From: Octopus sinensis
Taxonomy: Eukaryota
Assembly (NCBI RefSeq): GCF_006345805.1
Contig: NC_043001.1
Coordinates: 127,534,001-127,598,000, forward strand
DNA length: 64,000 nucleotides
Direction: 5' to 3'
Shown: positions 13,390 to 26,110 of the stretch, in pieces
How positions within the stretch are numbered: the first letter of the stretch is position 1
Layout of the letters: the number at the start of each line of letters is the position of its first letter
Notes under the pieces: model-generated
Database searches by the model: none
Told to the model about the DNA's origin: nothing
The model's input: only the letters and a program-made list of their open reading frames with translations
Program-made: the position numbers and the translations under genes

Positions 13390-13797
13390 TAACAAACTAA
13401 AAATTGAATGAGAGAAGATTATGTTAGGTAACATAGACCTAGATATACTGCCTAAAAGCAAGGTGTGATTGTTGCATCTGGATCGGCCTTTAATTATAAT
13501 TCTTCAAGAAAAGGACTGACGGGAGAGAAGTAACAAAAAAAACAGTGAGCTAGTAGACAAACTGATAATCTATGGAATAGAAAACTAGCGCTGTCGGATC
13601 ACCGAAGACTGCGTGTTTAGATTCGCTTGTGCCACGTTCCTACAAATACTGTCTATTGTCTCCCCTTCAGGGCCACTTTCAGTAGCAGTTATGACATCAT
13701 AGAGTAAGAACAGAGGGCTTTTTATGCAAGACTATGAAAAAGATATTTAAAATGAGTAGTGGTAGCTATCCTAACAGGCTAATAAGTATACATGGAA

Positions 13798-14175
13798 GCA
13801 CTCCGTCGGTTACGACGACGAGGGTTCCGGTTGATCCGAATCAACGGAACAGCCTGCTCGTGAAATTAACGTGTAAGTGGCTGAGCACTCCACAGACACG
13901 TGCACCCTTAACGCAGTTCTCGGGGATATTCAGCGTGACACAGAGAGTGACAAGGCCGGCCCTTTGAAATACAGGTACAACAGAAACAGGAAGTAAGAGT
14001 GAGAGAAAGTTGTGGTGAAAGAGTATAGCAGAGATCACCACCATCCCCTGCCGGAGCCTCGTGGAGCTTTAGGTGTTTTCACTCAATAAACACTCACAAC
14101 GCCTGGTCTGGGAATCGAAACCGCGATCCTATGACCGCGAGTCCGCTGCCCTAACCACTGGGCCATTGCGCCTCC
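13798..14175 (-). mobile_element. SINE family C (tRNA-like head GGAGGCGCAATGGCCCAGTGG), full length
   Basis: 13-bp TSD AATAAGTATACAT (13781-13793, 14178-14190); copies 22959-23199 -, 46580-46879 - (different tail), 38925-39245 - (decayed). Confidence 0.9.
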
Positions 14176-14306
14176 ACAATAAGTATACATATAGGTAGAG
14201 AGAAGATAGAGAACATAAACATGAAATTGATCTCGGCCAGAATTTTTGATCATGAATTTTTTTTCTTTTTCGTCGTTTCAACTTAACCACAAGCTCATCA
14301 CTACAT

Positions 14307-14718
14307 TTAGTTAAGTTAAGTTAAGTTAATTTTTTGGCTCAAAAAGCAAAAAGCAAGGCCATGTAGGGGGACATGGAGTTATGTACAGGGTGGTGTTCAT
14401 GCAAAGAGTTCAGGCCATTTCTGGTCAAGAGCGACTTTGAACCGAGCGGTCGTCGGCATCTTTACTATCTCGTCCGGCAGCTTATTCCACGGATCCGCAA
14501 CCCGGACGGAGAAAGCCCCTCTCCTTCGATTGAGATGAAATCGTCGCAGATAGAGCTTTTCGGAGTGACTCCGCAGCCGACGCTCTGGAGCAGGAGTGAA
14601 GAACAGCTCTTTCGAGAGGTTACACTTTCCGCTTATGATGTTGTGAGCAAGAATGAGATCACCACGGCGTCGTCGTTTTTCTAGAGAATAAAGGTCGAGC
14701 GTCTTAAGCCTTTCCATT
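14307..14718 (-). mobile_element. Young CR1/L2-group LINE, 5'-truncated, (TTAAC)n tail
   Basis: Open ORF2 C-terminus ERLKTLDLYSLEKRRRRGDLI...[13 protein letters not shown]; pentamer tail. Confidence 0.85.
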
Positions 14719-15173
14719 TATATATGTACATTTAATGTTATGCTCAAGCATAATCATTGTAACACAGTTTGTGGCAAGACTGAGACGATTTTTAATTACA
14801 AGTACAATCCACCCGACGGCTTCCACACAGTTTCTGTCTGTCTAATTTAACTCACAAGGCTTGGGTTGATCCGAGGTTACAGTAAAAGACACTTACCGCC
14901 CAAGATACTGCGCAGTGCAATCGAACCCGAGACCTTGTGATTGCGAGGTTATACGGCGTCTACTAAATAGGATATATTTGACTAACGAGACAAATATAGG
15001 CATACAAGAAAAGCCTATATATGCTCACTTTGACCTGCTATGTAAAAAAATATTCAGGTTTTTATCATAGATCTGCTCAAGCTAGAAATAAGCAACGAAA
15101 TCTCTTAGATTATATTCCTATGATCTTTAGAACAAATAAGAATACACTAGATTATGCCACCGTCGGTAAGATA

Positions 15174-15347
15174 GGCGCAGGAGTGGCTGTGTGGTAAGTA
15201 GCTTGTTTACCAACCACATGGTTCCGGGTTCAGTCCCACTGCGTGGCACCTTGGGCAAGTGTCTTCTACTATAGCCTCGGGCCGACCAAAGCCTTGTGAG
15301 TGGATTTGGTAGGCGGAAACTGAAAGAAGCCCGTCGTATATATGTAT

Positions 15348-15398
<51 letters not shown>

Positions 15399-15624
15399 TG
15401 TGTGGTTTGTGTGTCTGTGTTTGTCCCCCTAGCATTGCTTGACAACCGATGTGCTGTGTGTGTTTATGTCCCGTTACTTAGCGGTTCGGCAAAAGAGACC
15501 GATAGAATAAGTACTGGGCTTACAAAGAATAAGTCCCGGGGTCGAGTTGCTCGATTAAAAGGTGGTGCTCCAGCATGGCCGCAGTCAAATGACTGAAACA
15601 AGTAAAATTGTAAAGAGTAAAGAG
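15174..15624 (+). mobile_element. SINE family A, full length: tRNA-like head, CORE-like GGCACCTTGGGCAAG, internal (TA)n/(TG)n, (TAAAAGAG)n tail
   Basis: A box TGGCTGTGTGG and B box GGTTCAGTCC. Copies at 716-1097 +, 1615-2145 -, 6551-6943 -, 10350-10648 -, 17781-18147 +, 24985-25378 -, 29978-30408 -, 35651-36058 -, 41764-42171 -, 47915-48300 -, 54826-55430 -, 61722-62115 +. Confidence 0.9.
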
Positions 15625-16227
15625 ATTTCCTTCAAAAAATGACAGGATGGACATGGCTGGAACGCCCTTCACAACTGGCGAGGTTTTGTTGCTTTGCCTC
15701 AGACACCTACTGACTAAGCACTCCATTTGTGGCCGACTTGTCTCTTTCCAGTGTGCAAGAAACGCAGGATTACGTTATCCAGTATGTCATTTATAAGGCG
15801 TTTGAGTGTGGTTAAAAGAAATTTGACTGCTATTTCTAGCATGTCAAGTGCACCTTGATACTTTTCTGATCAATGGTGACATGGAGCTAAACAATATCAA
15901 CAAGAACACTAGCTATAATTTTTAGACATTGAGACAGATATAGATTGATGCATAAGATGTTACTATATATAATATTGATTTCCAGCTTAAGTACAAAGCC
16001 ATACCATTTGAAGAGAGAAGAACAATCGATTATATCGACCGCAGTAATTCCCTGATATGTATATTAGCGATCACGGAAGGATAAAAGGAGAAGTCGTTCT
16101 CGCTGGAGATTGAACTGGGAACGTAAAGAAGTCATTTTATCCGACGTCCTATTGGTTGTGTTCATCCGCTGTCATTAATATATTAAAGTGCAATACAAAA
16201 AATTGCTATCACTAATAGATATTACTG

Positions 16228-16281
<54 letters not shown>

Positions 16282-16653
16282 GTGTCTGTGTGTGTGCGTG
16301 CGTGTGTGTGTATCTGTGTCTGTGTAAATACGTGTGTATGTATATATGCAAAAAAGATAAAATCTGGGAAATATTCCATGTACGTATTTTAATGGTGAGG
16401 CGTACATAGAAAGGAAAGCAAAACTAAGATTAATTCTAAAAACGATATTTATAAATGCAAAATCGATAAACGATCGTTTGATTGCTTAACATCTTGAAAA
16501 AGAAAAATGTGAAATTTAGTCAAAGCTAATCCTTACTTATCAGGCGACACATTGGATCTTGTCGCGCGCGTGATTCGTTAGGAATATATATGCTCTCTAA
16601 CAATCAGCTTAATACACACACATACACACACATACACACACATACACCACACA

Positions 16654-16697
<44 letters not shown>

Positions 16698-16991
16698 ATT
16701 AATAAATAAAACATATGCAAATATATACATACATATATGTACGTACCTACCTCTACATGTATATATACATGCATATATGGGTACAGGACACCAAAAAAAC
16801 GTCGAACACAATGAGAAATAAAACATAAACACAAAACCAAGGAACTGGACATTTTTCTTAAACAAACGAAAAAATAGAGTACAGGACAAATAACACAAGG
16901 AAAATTCCCCTTCTTCAGTCGCCATGGTTTCATCTACTCTGCGTTTCGAAGGTGAAGGCGATACGCATCTTCGATTGAAACTTTCCTTCCC

Positions 16992-17072
<81 letters not shown>

Positions 17073-17129
17073 TCCTATATTTTTTACATGTTTAGCCCTA
17101 AGGTTGTGGCCATGCTAGAGCACCGCCAG

Positions 17130-17632
17130 TGAAATCACCCTTTCAATGGCCAATTTTATGACTGGCTTTTGGTGAAGGAGGGAATTCGACACTGTTGTCC
17201 TCTTTTGGGTCGCCTGCCTTGATATTGGTTCATCTGAGACCTTGGATAGCAGGAGGTAAAGCTGTTTCTTAAAAACATCTACCCACCCGCCTACTCCATG
17301 AAGATCCATCAGCAGTTTTGACAAGGCGTTAAATAACTGTGTCCTCTTTGAAGAGAGAAGAACCACAGTCCCAGTTTCCCGGCTATGCTGAGTCCCTATA
17401 GCTTGTGTCATATCATTCCATGATCAACCTTATCAAAGGCCTTTGGAAAATCGAGATATATCACATCCACATTTGAGTGATTCAGTGTTTCAATACCCAG
17501 TCATACATAATGCTGCAAAAGCTGGGGAAGGTAGCTTCTCTCTGAACAGAAGCTATGCTGGGTGTCAGGGAGCAAGGAACGCAATCAGTTTCTTCCTGAC
17601 AATGCGTTCCATGACTTCGCTGACATGGGAGG
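17130..17632 (-). mobile_element. CR1-like LINE fragment with internal deletion
   Basis: DVIYLDFPKAFDKVDHG joined directly to the C-terminal TQLFNALSK...VSDEP. Confidence 0.75.
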
Positions 17633-17730
17633 TTAGAGAGACAGGATATATATATACATATATACATATATATTATATGTGTGTGTGTGTGTGTGCATGT
17701 ATATATAAATTACATATATATTATATATAT

Positions 17731-17781
<51 letters not shown>

Positions 17782-18267
17782 CCACATGGTCCGGGTTCAG
17801 TCCCACTGCCTGGCACCTTGGGCAAGTGTCTCCAACTATAGCTTCGGGCCGACCAAAGCTTTGTGAGTGGATTTGGTAAACGGAAACTGAAAGAAGCCCG
17901 TCGCATATATGTACATATATATATGTGTATGTTTGTGTGATGTGTTTGCCCTCTCCCCCAACATCACTTGACAACCGATGCTGGTGTGTTTACGTCCCCG
18001 TAACTTAGCGGTTCGGCAAAAGAGACCGATAGAATAAGTACTAGGCTTACAAAGAATAAGTCCTGGGGTCGATTTCCTCGACTAAAGGCGATGCTCCATC
18101 ATGGCCTCTGTCAAATGACTGAAACAAGTAAATGAGTAAATGAGTAGCCTTAAATAATTCATAAGTATTTACGACGATTTGTTTGAGGAAAACACCCCAA
18201 CTAAGTCTAATTATGACTCTATGGAGTACGTATATGGCTTGTTACCGAGTAATACATGTGTAAGCGA

Positions 18268-19318
18268 GGGCGGCGAGCTGGCAGAAACGTTAGCACGCCG
18301 GGCGAAATGCATAGCGGTATTTCGTCTGCCGTTACGTTCTGAGTTCAAATTCCACCGAGGTCGACTTTGTCTTTCATCCTTTCGGGGTCGATAAATTAAG
18401 TTCCAGTTACGCACTGGGGTCAATATAATCGACTTAATCCGTTTGTCTGTCCTTGTTTGTCCCCTCTATGTTTAGCCCCTTGTGGGTAATAAAGAAATAG
18501 GTATTTCCTCTGCCGTTACGTTCTGAATTCAAATTCCACCGAGATCGACTTTGTCTTTCATCCTTTCGGGGTCGATAAATTAAGTACCAGTTTCGCACTG
18601 GGGTCAATATAATCGACTTAATCCGTTTGTCTGTCCTTGTTTGTCCCCTCTATGTTTAGCCCCTTGTGGGCAGTAAAGAAATAAGAATCGTTAACACTCC
18701 GGGAAAAATGCTTAGCGCCATTTTGTCCCTCTTCACGTCCTGAGTTCAAATTCCGCTGGGGTCGACTTTGCCTTTCGCCCTTTCGGAGTCGATAAAATAA
18801 GTATCAGCAGAACTTTGGGGGGGTCGATGCAATCGACTTAGCCCCTTACCCGAAATTGTTGGCCTTATGCCAATATTTGAAATCAGTATATGTGTAAGCG
18901 AGCTGGCAGACACATTAGCGCGCCGGGTGAAATGCTTAGCGGTATTTCGTCTGTCGTTACGTTCTGAGTTCAAATTCCGCCGAGGTCAACTTTGCCTTTC
19001 ACCCTTTCGGGGTCGATAAATAAAGTACCCGTTTCGCACGGGGGGGGCGATATAATCGACTCAATCCCTTCGTCTGTCCTTGTTTGTCCCCTCTGTGTTT
19101 AGCCCCTTGTGGGTAGTAAAGAAATAGGTATTTCGTCTGCCGTTACGTTCTGAGTTCAAATTCCACCGAGGTCAACTTTGCCTTTCATCCTTTCGGGGTC
19201 GATAAATAAAGTACCAGTTTCGCACTGGGGGGAGGGGTCGATATAATCGACTCAATCCCTTCGTCTGTCCTTGTTTGTCCCTTCTATGTTTAGCCCCTTG
19301 TGGGCAGTAAAGAAATAT
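18268..19318 (+). mobile_element. Cluster of five SINE B units (dimer, older copy, dimer)
   Basis: Units end AAAGAAATA; junctions AAATAGGTATTTC near 18502 and 19129. Confidence 0.9.
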
Positions 19319-20259
19319 ATATGTATAAGTGAGTTGTCCATAATGGTCTAACACTGCAGGACTTAAAACATTTATTATAAGTTCTTTCTTATATGTATCA
19401 TGTGAATGTGTAACAAAGATCGAAGTCGGCAAGACAACAAAAAAATTATGTTCAATGATTTTTGCTGTTGTTGATGTTTTCTTATTATTATTATCGAGCG
19501 TTCTAGTGACCTACTTGGATATCTATGTTGCCTGAGTGATAGAGATTCATAAATAAGATTGATTAATGCAACGGCAAAAAATAATAATGATTTTTTTATA
19601 CTGGTTCTAATCCACACAAAACAAATATGTGGACATACACACATACATACTCAGAGCGCTGAAAACCGGAATAAATATCGCAACGCTTTTATCCGACACT
19701 CTTAACGACGCTAACAGTCAACCACATTTTACATACACACACACACTCGCGCATATACATACATACATACTCTTTAATACTTTTTGATAGTTATATTTAA
19801 AAAAAACATTAAAATCATATATATATATATATATATATAATATATATATGTATATATATATATATATGTATAATATATATATGTATATATATATTATATA
19901 TAAATTTATAAGTATAAATTAATAATTTAAATAATTTTTTGAATTCTAACTTTAAATTTAAATAATTTAAATTTTGAATTTTATATTTTATATATTTTGT
20001 ATATTACATAATTAATTTTATTTCTATATATTGTTTATGTTTTGCACTGTTTGATTTGCCTAATAGTGGTTTGATCTCTAATTTAATATATATAATATCT
20101 ATATATATATATATTATATAATATACTATATATATATATATATATATATATCTATGTATGATGTAGTTTGTATGTATGTGTGTGTATATATATATAATAT
20201 ATACATTATATACATTATTTATATTGAACGGATATGTGTCGTCATCTTATTTATTGTTA

Positions 20260-20304
20260 CTACGACGCTTCGGCTGATTTACTCTCCAGCCTTCATCAGA
20301 TATC
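20260..20304 (-). ncRNA. Hammerhead-like motif of second family F copy, GAAA mutated to GAAG
   Basis: AUAU-CUGAUGA-A-GGCUG(loop)CAGCC-GAAGC-GUC-GUAG. Confidence 0.55.
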
Positions 20305-20360
20305 CTGGGAGAATTTTGAACCCGACACTGGGTTCTCGTTCCTAAGATAGTTTTTGCTGA

Positions 20361-20416
<56 letters not shown>

Positions 20417-20436
20417 TATTATTATTATTATTATTC

Positions 20437-20632
20437 CTGGCTTTCGTTAAAAGAAATACAGGAGGATCAGTTAATTATGATTTTATTAAACATATTCCTT
20501 CCTCAGATCCGCACACTTATTGCAGAGGCCCTTCAATTTTTTCTAATTCTTGTAAAAGAACTCAAAAGTTTGGGTTCCCAATCAAGCCTTTTGCAACTAT
20601 CTTAAAGCCAGTAACTTTTCAGCACCCCCTCA
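20437..20632. mobile_element. mariner-like MITE, truncated at one end
   Basis: Ends AACTTTTCAGCACCCCCTCA+TA; aligns to 60110-60165 plus 60935-61084. Confidence 0.65.
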
Positions 20633-22371
20633 TAGATCCTACAATGGCCAATATTTCTTCTTTTGTATTAAGGCAATGGAGTTTTATTTGAGGGATATTT
20701 GGTTGTTATTTTTCGGAGGTCGAGAAAGTCTCTCTCACTGTCCTGTACAGTTGCCTGTGTATATTCGATATATGAATTTTGATATGACATCTCGAGCAGC
20801 GCTTGTTTTCGGAGAAGAAAACACGGAAAAAAGGGCTCTGCCTGAAACGTCAGAATTCACATCTTACTGCATACGAAATTATCATATTTCCCAGATCAGC
20901 AATTCTTCCAGCTGGATCCCCAATCGAGACCAACCAATGCAATGGATAATATCGTGCCCTCTCACTCGGTGTCTGCCCTTCCGTTTGGCCTTGCCCGTAA
21001 AAATCTATCCAGCGAGTTTTTCTTCGAACATTCTAACCACATGTCCGCAATATCAGCGCTATAACCTCTCAATTTAGAGAGGGAGAAGAATCGCTAGACC
21101 TGCAGCAACTCTCTACTCTGTGGAGTAACAGTGCGGCAGCAGCCCTTTGGATAACCCCCATTTCGACCGCTTCTGTTCGCAATCGCACTCTTTCGGTCAC
21201 TACTCAAAATCCATAACCATAAGTAAGGATACGCGGGAAAATTGAAAACAGTGAGTTTGTTTGTTTGTTTGTTGGTTGGTTGGGTGGTTGGTTGGTTGGT
21301 TGGTTGGTTGGTTGGTTGGCTGACTGGTTGGTTCGTTAATTAATTGGTTTCTTCGTCTGCCTCCCTTCTTTTAATGGCCAAATACTGTTATTTCTGACAA
21401 TACCCTTTGGAAGGCATGTCTGAAAACAATGCCCTCATGACTCTCTCAGGAATAGTAGACTACGAAGATGGATGCGTATGAGACGTTTTCGTACAGTGGT
21501 TTGGGTGCCTCCAGTTTGGTGCCATTGGTTCGACGCTAACTTACTTGACATCAGATGTTTTAATGTTTGTCTCGTTCTCTCCTACTTTCACTTTAACTAT
21601 ATGTGCGCATATGTCTATGCACATTTGTGTGTGCGTGTGTGTGCATGCGTGCGCATGTGTGTGCGTGCATGAACGCGTCTGAGTGTGTGTTTGCGTCCGG
21701 TGCCAAAACGTACTGTCGCCAGAACAGATGGAATGTCCATTCAGCTGTGCCAAATCGCCAGCATCCAAATCGCCTCATTCTGGGGGATGGGCAGACGGAC
21801 GGACGGACGGACGGAAGGATGGATGGATAGATGGATGGATGAAGGAATTGATGGATTAATTACGTAACTGGGTTTTTTTTGCCAACACACAATGTTACTA
21901 GTGTTGATTTTGCAGAATCAATATAATCAACGCATGGAATTAGTAGATTTTACGTTTAGCATTAAAAAAAAAACAGCAGTTTACTAAACTACATTTTATT
22001 GACATCACCACCCTGCTGTCTCAAGGTAAAAAAAAAATCGATAAATCGCTTCTAGTGAGATTTTAGATAGAAATCATTGATGGCATGACCTGAACTTTAA
22101 TCATCGTTAAAACACCAAACTGGTTTCCTAATTTTGATTAGTATAAAGTCCGAAATCTCCGGAGAAAAGTAACTTGGATATTATAACATTTATACTTTTA
22201 TCAATGGTATCTTCTTGCATCCAAGTCAACCTCTTAAATTTCGCCCCTTGTGAAAACGGCCCCAAAATATTTAAACTCCTCCACCTACTCCAGTGCACTT
22301 AGCAGGCTTCCTCGGGAGAACCAGCGTTTCAGTACTAATAATAATTCATTCATTCCGCTGGGCACATTCCG

Positions 22372-22612
22372 CGGAGTTCTGTTTTTGATTCGACGGTCAT
22401 TCGGAATGCTCACAGCAGCCATATTCCTACCGCTCTATGTCACGCTGGTGAGACCCATATTGGAGTACGGGATTCAAGCCTCTTCTCTTTCTCTCCTCAA
22501 AGACATACATCATCTCGAAAGAGTCCAGAAGCTGGCTACCCGCATGGTTCTTGGTCTCAAGCATTTGTCTTATGAAGAAAGGCTGAAGACGTTCGACCTT
22601 TATTCACTAGAA
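22372..22612 (+). mobile_element. Internal RT fragment of the same LINE group
   Basis: YVTLVRPILEYG...LERVQKLATRMV...SYEERLKTFDLYSLE overlaps the start of the 14718 fragment. Confidence 0.85.
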
Positions 22613-22858
22613 ATAATCATGTAATGCCAGGGTTGTCCTAAATACACATAAAAAACAGGATGGACGACTGGGATGTCTTTCATCAATGACCAGCTCGTCA
22701 GAATTGGTCTTGTGATAAACAATAACCGTATCTAACATAGGTACAAAACCAGATAGTTGTATGAGGGTTCAGTCGATGAACCTAGTACTTGACTGGTATT
22801 TTATTTTATTGATCCTAGGAGAATGAAAGGAAAAGACGACTTCTGTTGGATTTGAACA

Positions 22859-22958
22859 NNNNNNNNNNNNNNNNNNNNNNNNNNNNNNNNNNNNNNNNNN
22901 NNNNNNNNNNNNNNNNNNNNNNNNNNNNNNNNNNNNNNNNNNNNNNNNNNNNNNNNNN
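22859..22958. other. Assembly gap (100 N, size probably unknown)
   Basis: N run; truncated SINEs on both sides. Confidence 1.
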
Positions 22959-24179
22959 GTGACACAGAGAGTGACAAGGCCGGCCCTTTGAAATACAGGT
23001 ACAACAGAAACAGGAAGTAAGAGTGAGAGAAAGTTGTGGTGAAAGAGTACAGCAGGGATCACCACCATCCCCTGCCGGAGCCTCGTGGAGCTTTAGGTGT
23101 TTTCGCTCAATAAACACTCACAACGCCCGGTCTGGGAATCGAAACCGCGATCCTATGACCGCGAGTCCGCTGCCCTAACCACTGGGCCATTGCGCCTCCA
23201 CACTTCTAGAGAAGAAGATGGCTGTAACTATATTGCCTTCGAATTTGTGCTCGATCAGGGCTGAACCAACACAAAATAATGCCAAAAAGAAAAAAATGAG
23301 GATGCATATTTGTTTTACGTTGTCAATGAGGCTAGTCAAATAATTATCAACCAGATTATGATTTTGAACCTTGGATAAGAAACTATATAGTATATAGTAT
23401 TTACATTGCCAATATACCTTTCACGCCCACGCCATTTTCTATATCTATCTATTGATTTACAACATAGTCACGTGGTAAAAGTTTTGTAGATGTATACGGT
23501 GAATTAACCCGTTTACAATACTTTTATCGATCCCAAAAACATGAAAATCAAAGTCTGCTTCGAAGAGATTACCGCAAGGAATTACAACCGTGTTTCGTGG
23601 TCTGCTATCACAACAGCTCCTTTATAGGATCCAGTTAGCTCAAGACATCATCAGGAGGAACCACGTCCGGTTTCGGCCCCTATTCCTCAACCGTTTTGAC
23701 GTGGCGCCCCCCCCCCCTTTCGGAGGTGTCTTCAGCTCTGGTGTTGGGTGCATGTCTTCTTTCTTTTGTTCCCTGGCCTCTTCGATGTATCGTCAGCGAG
23801 TGTCAGCCGGTAACTGACTGTCTTGTCAAATTTTTCCCTTTAAATACCTGCCGCATAGGCTCCAGCAGGCAGCCCCAGCAAGTTGTCACGTGACACTGTC
23901 TTACCTTAACTGACTAGTGAAGGCGCGTAGTTTTAGCCCGCGCTTTTTCTAAACGACCGTCACCTGTCAGTCAGCTTGTCTCACCTAATGATGTTATTTC
24001 CCGTCGGCGTGTTTATGACTTTCAAGCTATTTTCGGTCTTCCCGCTTCAGCCATATATAGAAGCTGGCTTTTTCGATCGCCTCCTGTATTCTCCTTATTA
24101 GTTTACGCAGCTAGAGGCTATTCCGGCACTCTATCTTTACAGTTACATAGATTATACACTCTGTATGATCTGTAATATT

Positions 24180-26110
24180 ATTCTGCTTGTCAAAATATGT
24201 GCCCAAATATTATGCTACACTTTCAAAGGGAAATGACATCATTCGGACTTTTATCTTTCGATTCTTATTTGTTCTAGTCGGACGAACAGAGAGTAAGAGA
24301 GGCGACCATACCTGATAGGAAGCAATAATTCCTGAGAAATACTCTGCAGATCCAAGATACTCTGCAGATGCCGCAGCATTAGAGCACACTTGTACATAAT
24401 TAGCAATGGCATACCGAACACTTTGCACAGAGAGTTTTGACAGCAGATGAACTCTTTGACCAATGGAATACGCTCCTTCCATAAGAAACGGAGGAGCAGA
24501 TATTCCATTTTGGTCAAATAGAAACTGAATCCAGATACGACAATGGGTGGTAATAGAGCGCAGAGGTGGTGTCGGTATTTGCCACTTCTGTCCGATTTCT
24601 CAGGAACTGTTGCTTTCTATCAGTCTATTTCTGGGTGAAACTGAGTCCCCTGCCTGTAAGCTCGTACCAATTCCAGCCACTTGTTTGACTGGTCCAATTA
24701 AGCCACCAAACATCATAACAGATCCCACAGTCCAACAGCTCACATCGCTTATCCGATTAGGCTTACCTGGCCATGTGCCGAGCTGCATGCCAAGCGACTT
24801 GCCCTACTTAATGCGTACTATTAGTGCCACCTCATATTTTTTCAATACGGTACTGACTTCATTGTTTTCCATGTTTCTGACCTTATCCTTGTATGCCGAC
24901 ATGGCGTTCTCGGACACTAGTCCGAGCAGGATACATCTCAATACCTTTACTTTTATACCAATTGCTTAAGCACTAAAGCATATACTCTTTACTCTTTTAC
25001 TTGTTTCAGTCATTTGACTGCAGCCATGCTGGAGCACCGCCTTTAATCGAGCAACTCGACCCCGGGACTTATTCTTTGTAAGCCCAGTACTTATTCTATC
25101 GGTCTCTTTTGCCGAACCGCTAAGTTACGGGGACATAAACACACCAGCATCGGTTGTCAAGCAATGCTAGGGGGACAAACACAAACATACACGCACACAT
25201 ATATATATACATATATGCGACGGGCTTCTTTCAGTTTCCGTCTACCAAATCCACTCACAAGGCTTTGGTCGGCCCGAGGCTATAGTAGAAGACACTTGCC
25301 CAAGGTGCCACGCAGTTGGACTGAACCCGGAACCATGTGGTTGGTAAACAAGCTACTTACCACACAGCCACTCATGCGAGCAATGAGAAAGAATCACCTT
25401 TAACGAATGAGCGTTTGATTTGAAACTGTTATGAGATGCTGCTGTACATTAAGGCGACCCGACCGCTGAAAATGGGACCGATCGCTCTTAAAACCTTCGC
25501 CAAGTACTAAAAGTCGATCATTTTGAAGGTTTGGAGCTGATTCAAACAGATCAGGGCCATGCAAAGACAAATTTATAAACAACCCTTTGTCAACGATGTA
25601 TCGCAGGTGAGGTGGGCGTTGTTGTATAGAGATCTATCGAGAAACTTGCAGGTCTGCAAACTCTCGGCTACACTACTACCTATTACTGGCACTAACCTCT
25701 TTGCAAACGCTTTGATCGAAATCTTAGAGTTTACGTTCAGAAAAGTTACGGGACAGGAAATTTTCGAAGATGATAGCGTCCTTCTTCAGCTTCGAATGTC
25801 CCTAGTTTGTTGTTGTTGTTGTTCTTCTTCTTCTTCTTCTTCTTCTTCTTCTTCTTCTACTTCTTCTTCTTCTTCTTCTTCTTCTACTTCTTCTTCTTGC
25901 TGTTTGCTTCGGGGAAGTGGAAAAGGTTTAACTAGATTGACAAGCCGCATTGTCGGCACTAGCTTCACTTACATAACGAAGAGTGTAAAACAGCGGCAAT
26001 AAGAGCAGCACAGTTAAAACGATAAGCGATTCTTCATCTTGTACTATTGGTTTTAATTCTTCTGGCAGAGAAACATTTCCTACAGAAGACACGTGTCCTG
26101 TCCAGATCAA
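24180..26110 (-). mobile_element. Degraded Tx1/L1-clade LINE RT region, interrupted by SINE A (24985-25378) and a (GAA)n tract
   Basis: Collinear motifs PVTFLNVNSKISIKAFAKRL, ALICLNQLQTFKMID, MSAYKDKV (YADD-equivalent), KSLGMQLGTW, LRFLWKERIPLV. Confidence 0.7.

Noticed and set aside
16900-16990. Possible hammerhead (CTGAAGA and CGAAACG on the minus strand)
   Set aside because: The motifs are in the wrong order and no GAAA follows the stem after CTGAAGA; at most a Penelope-like relic
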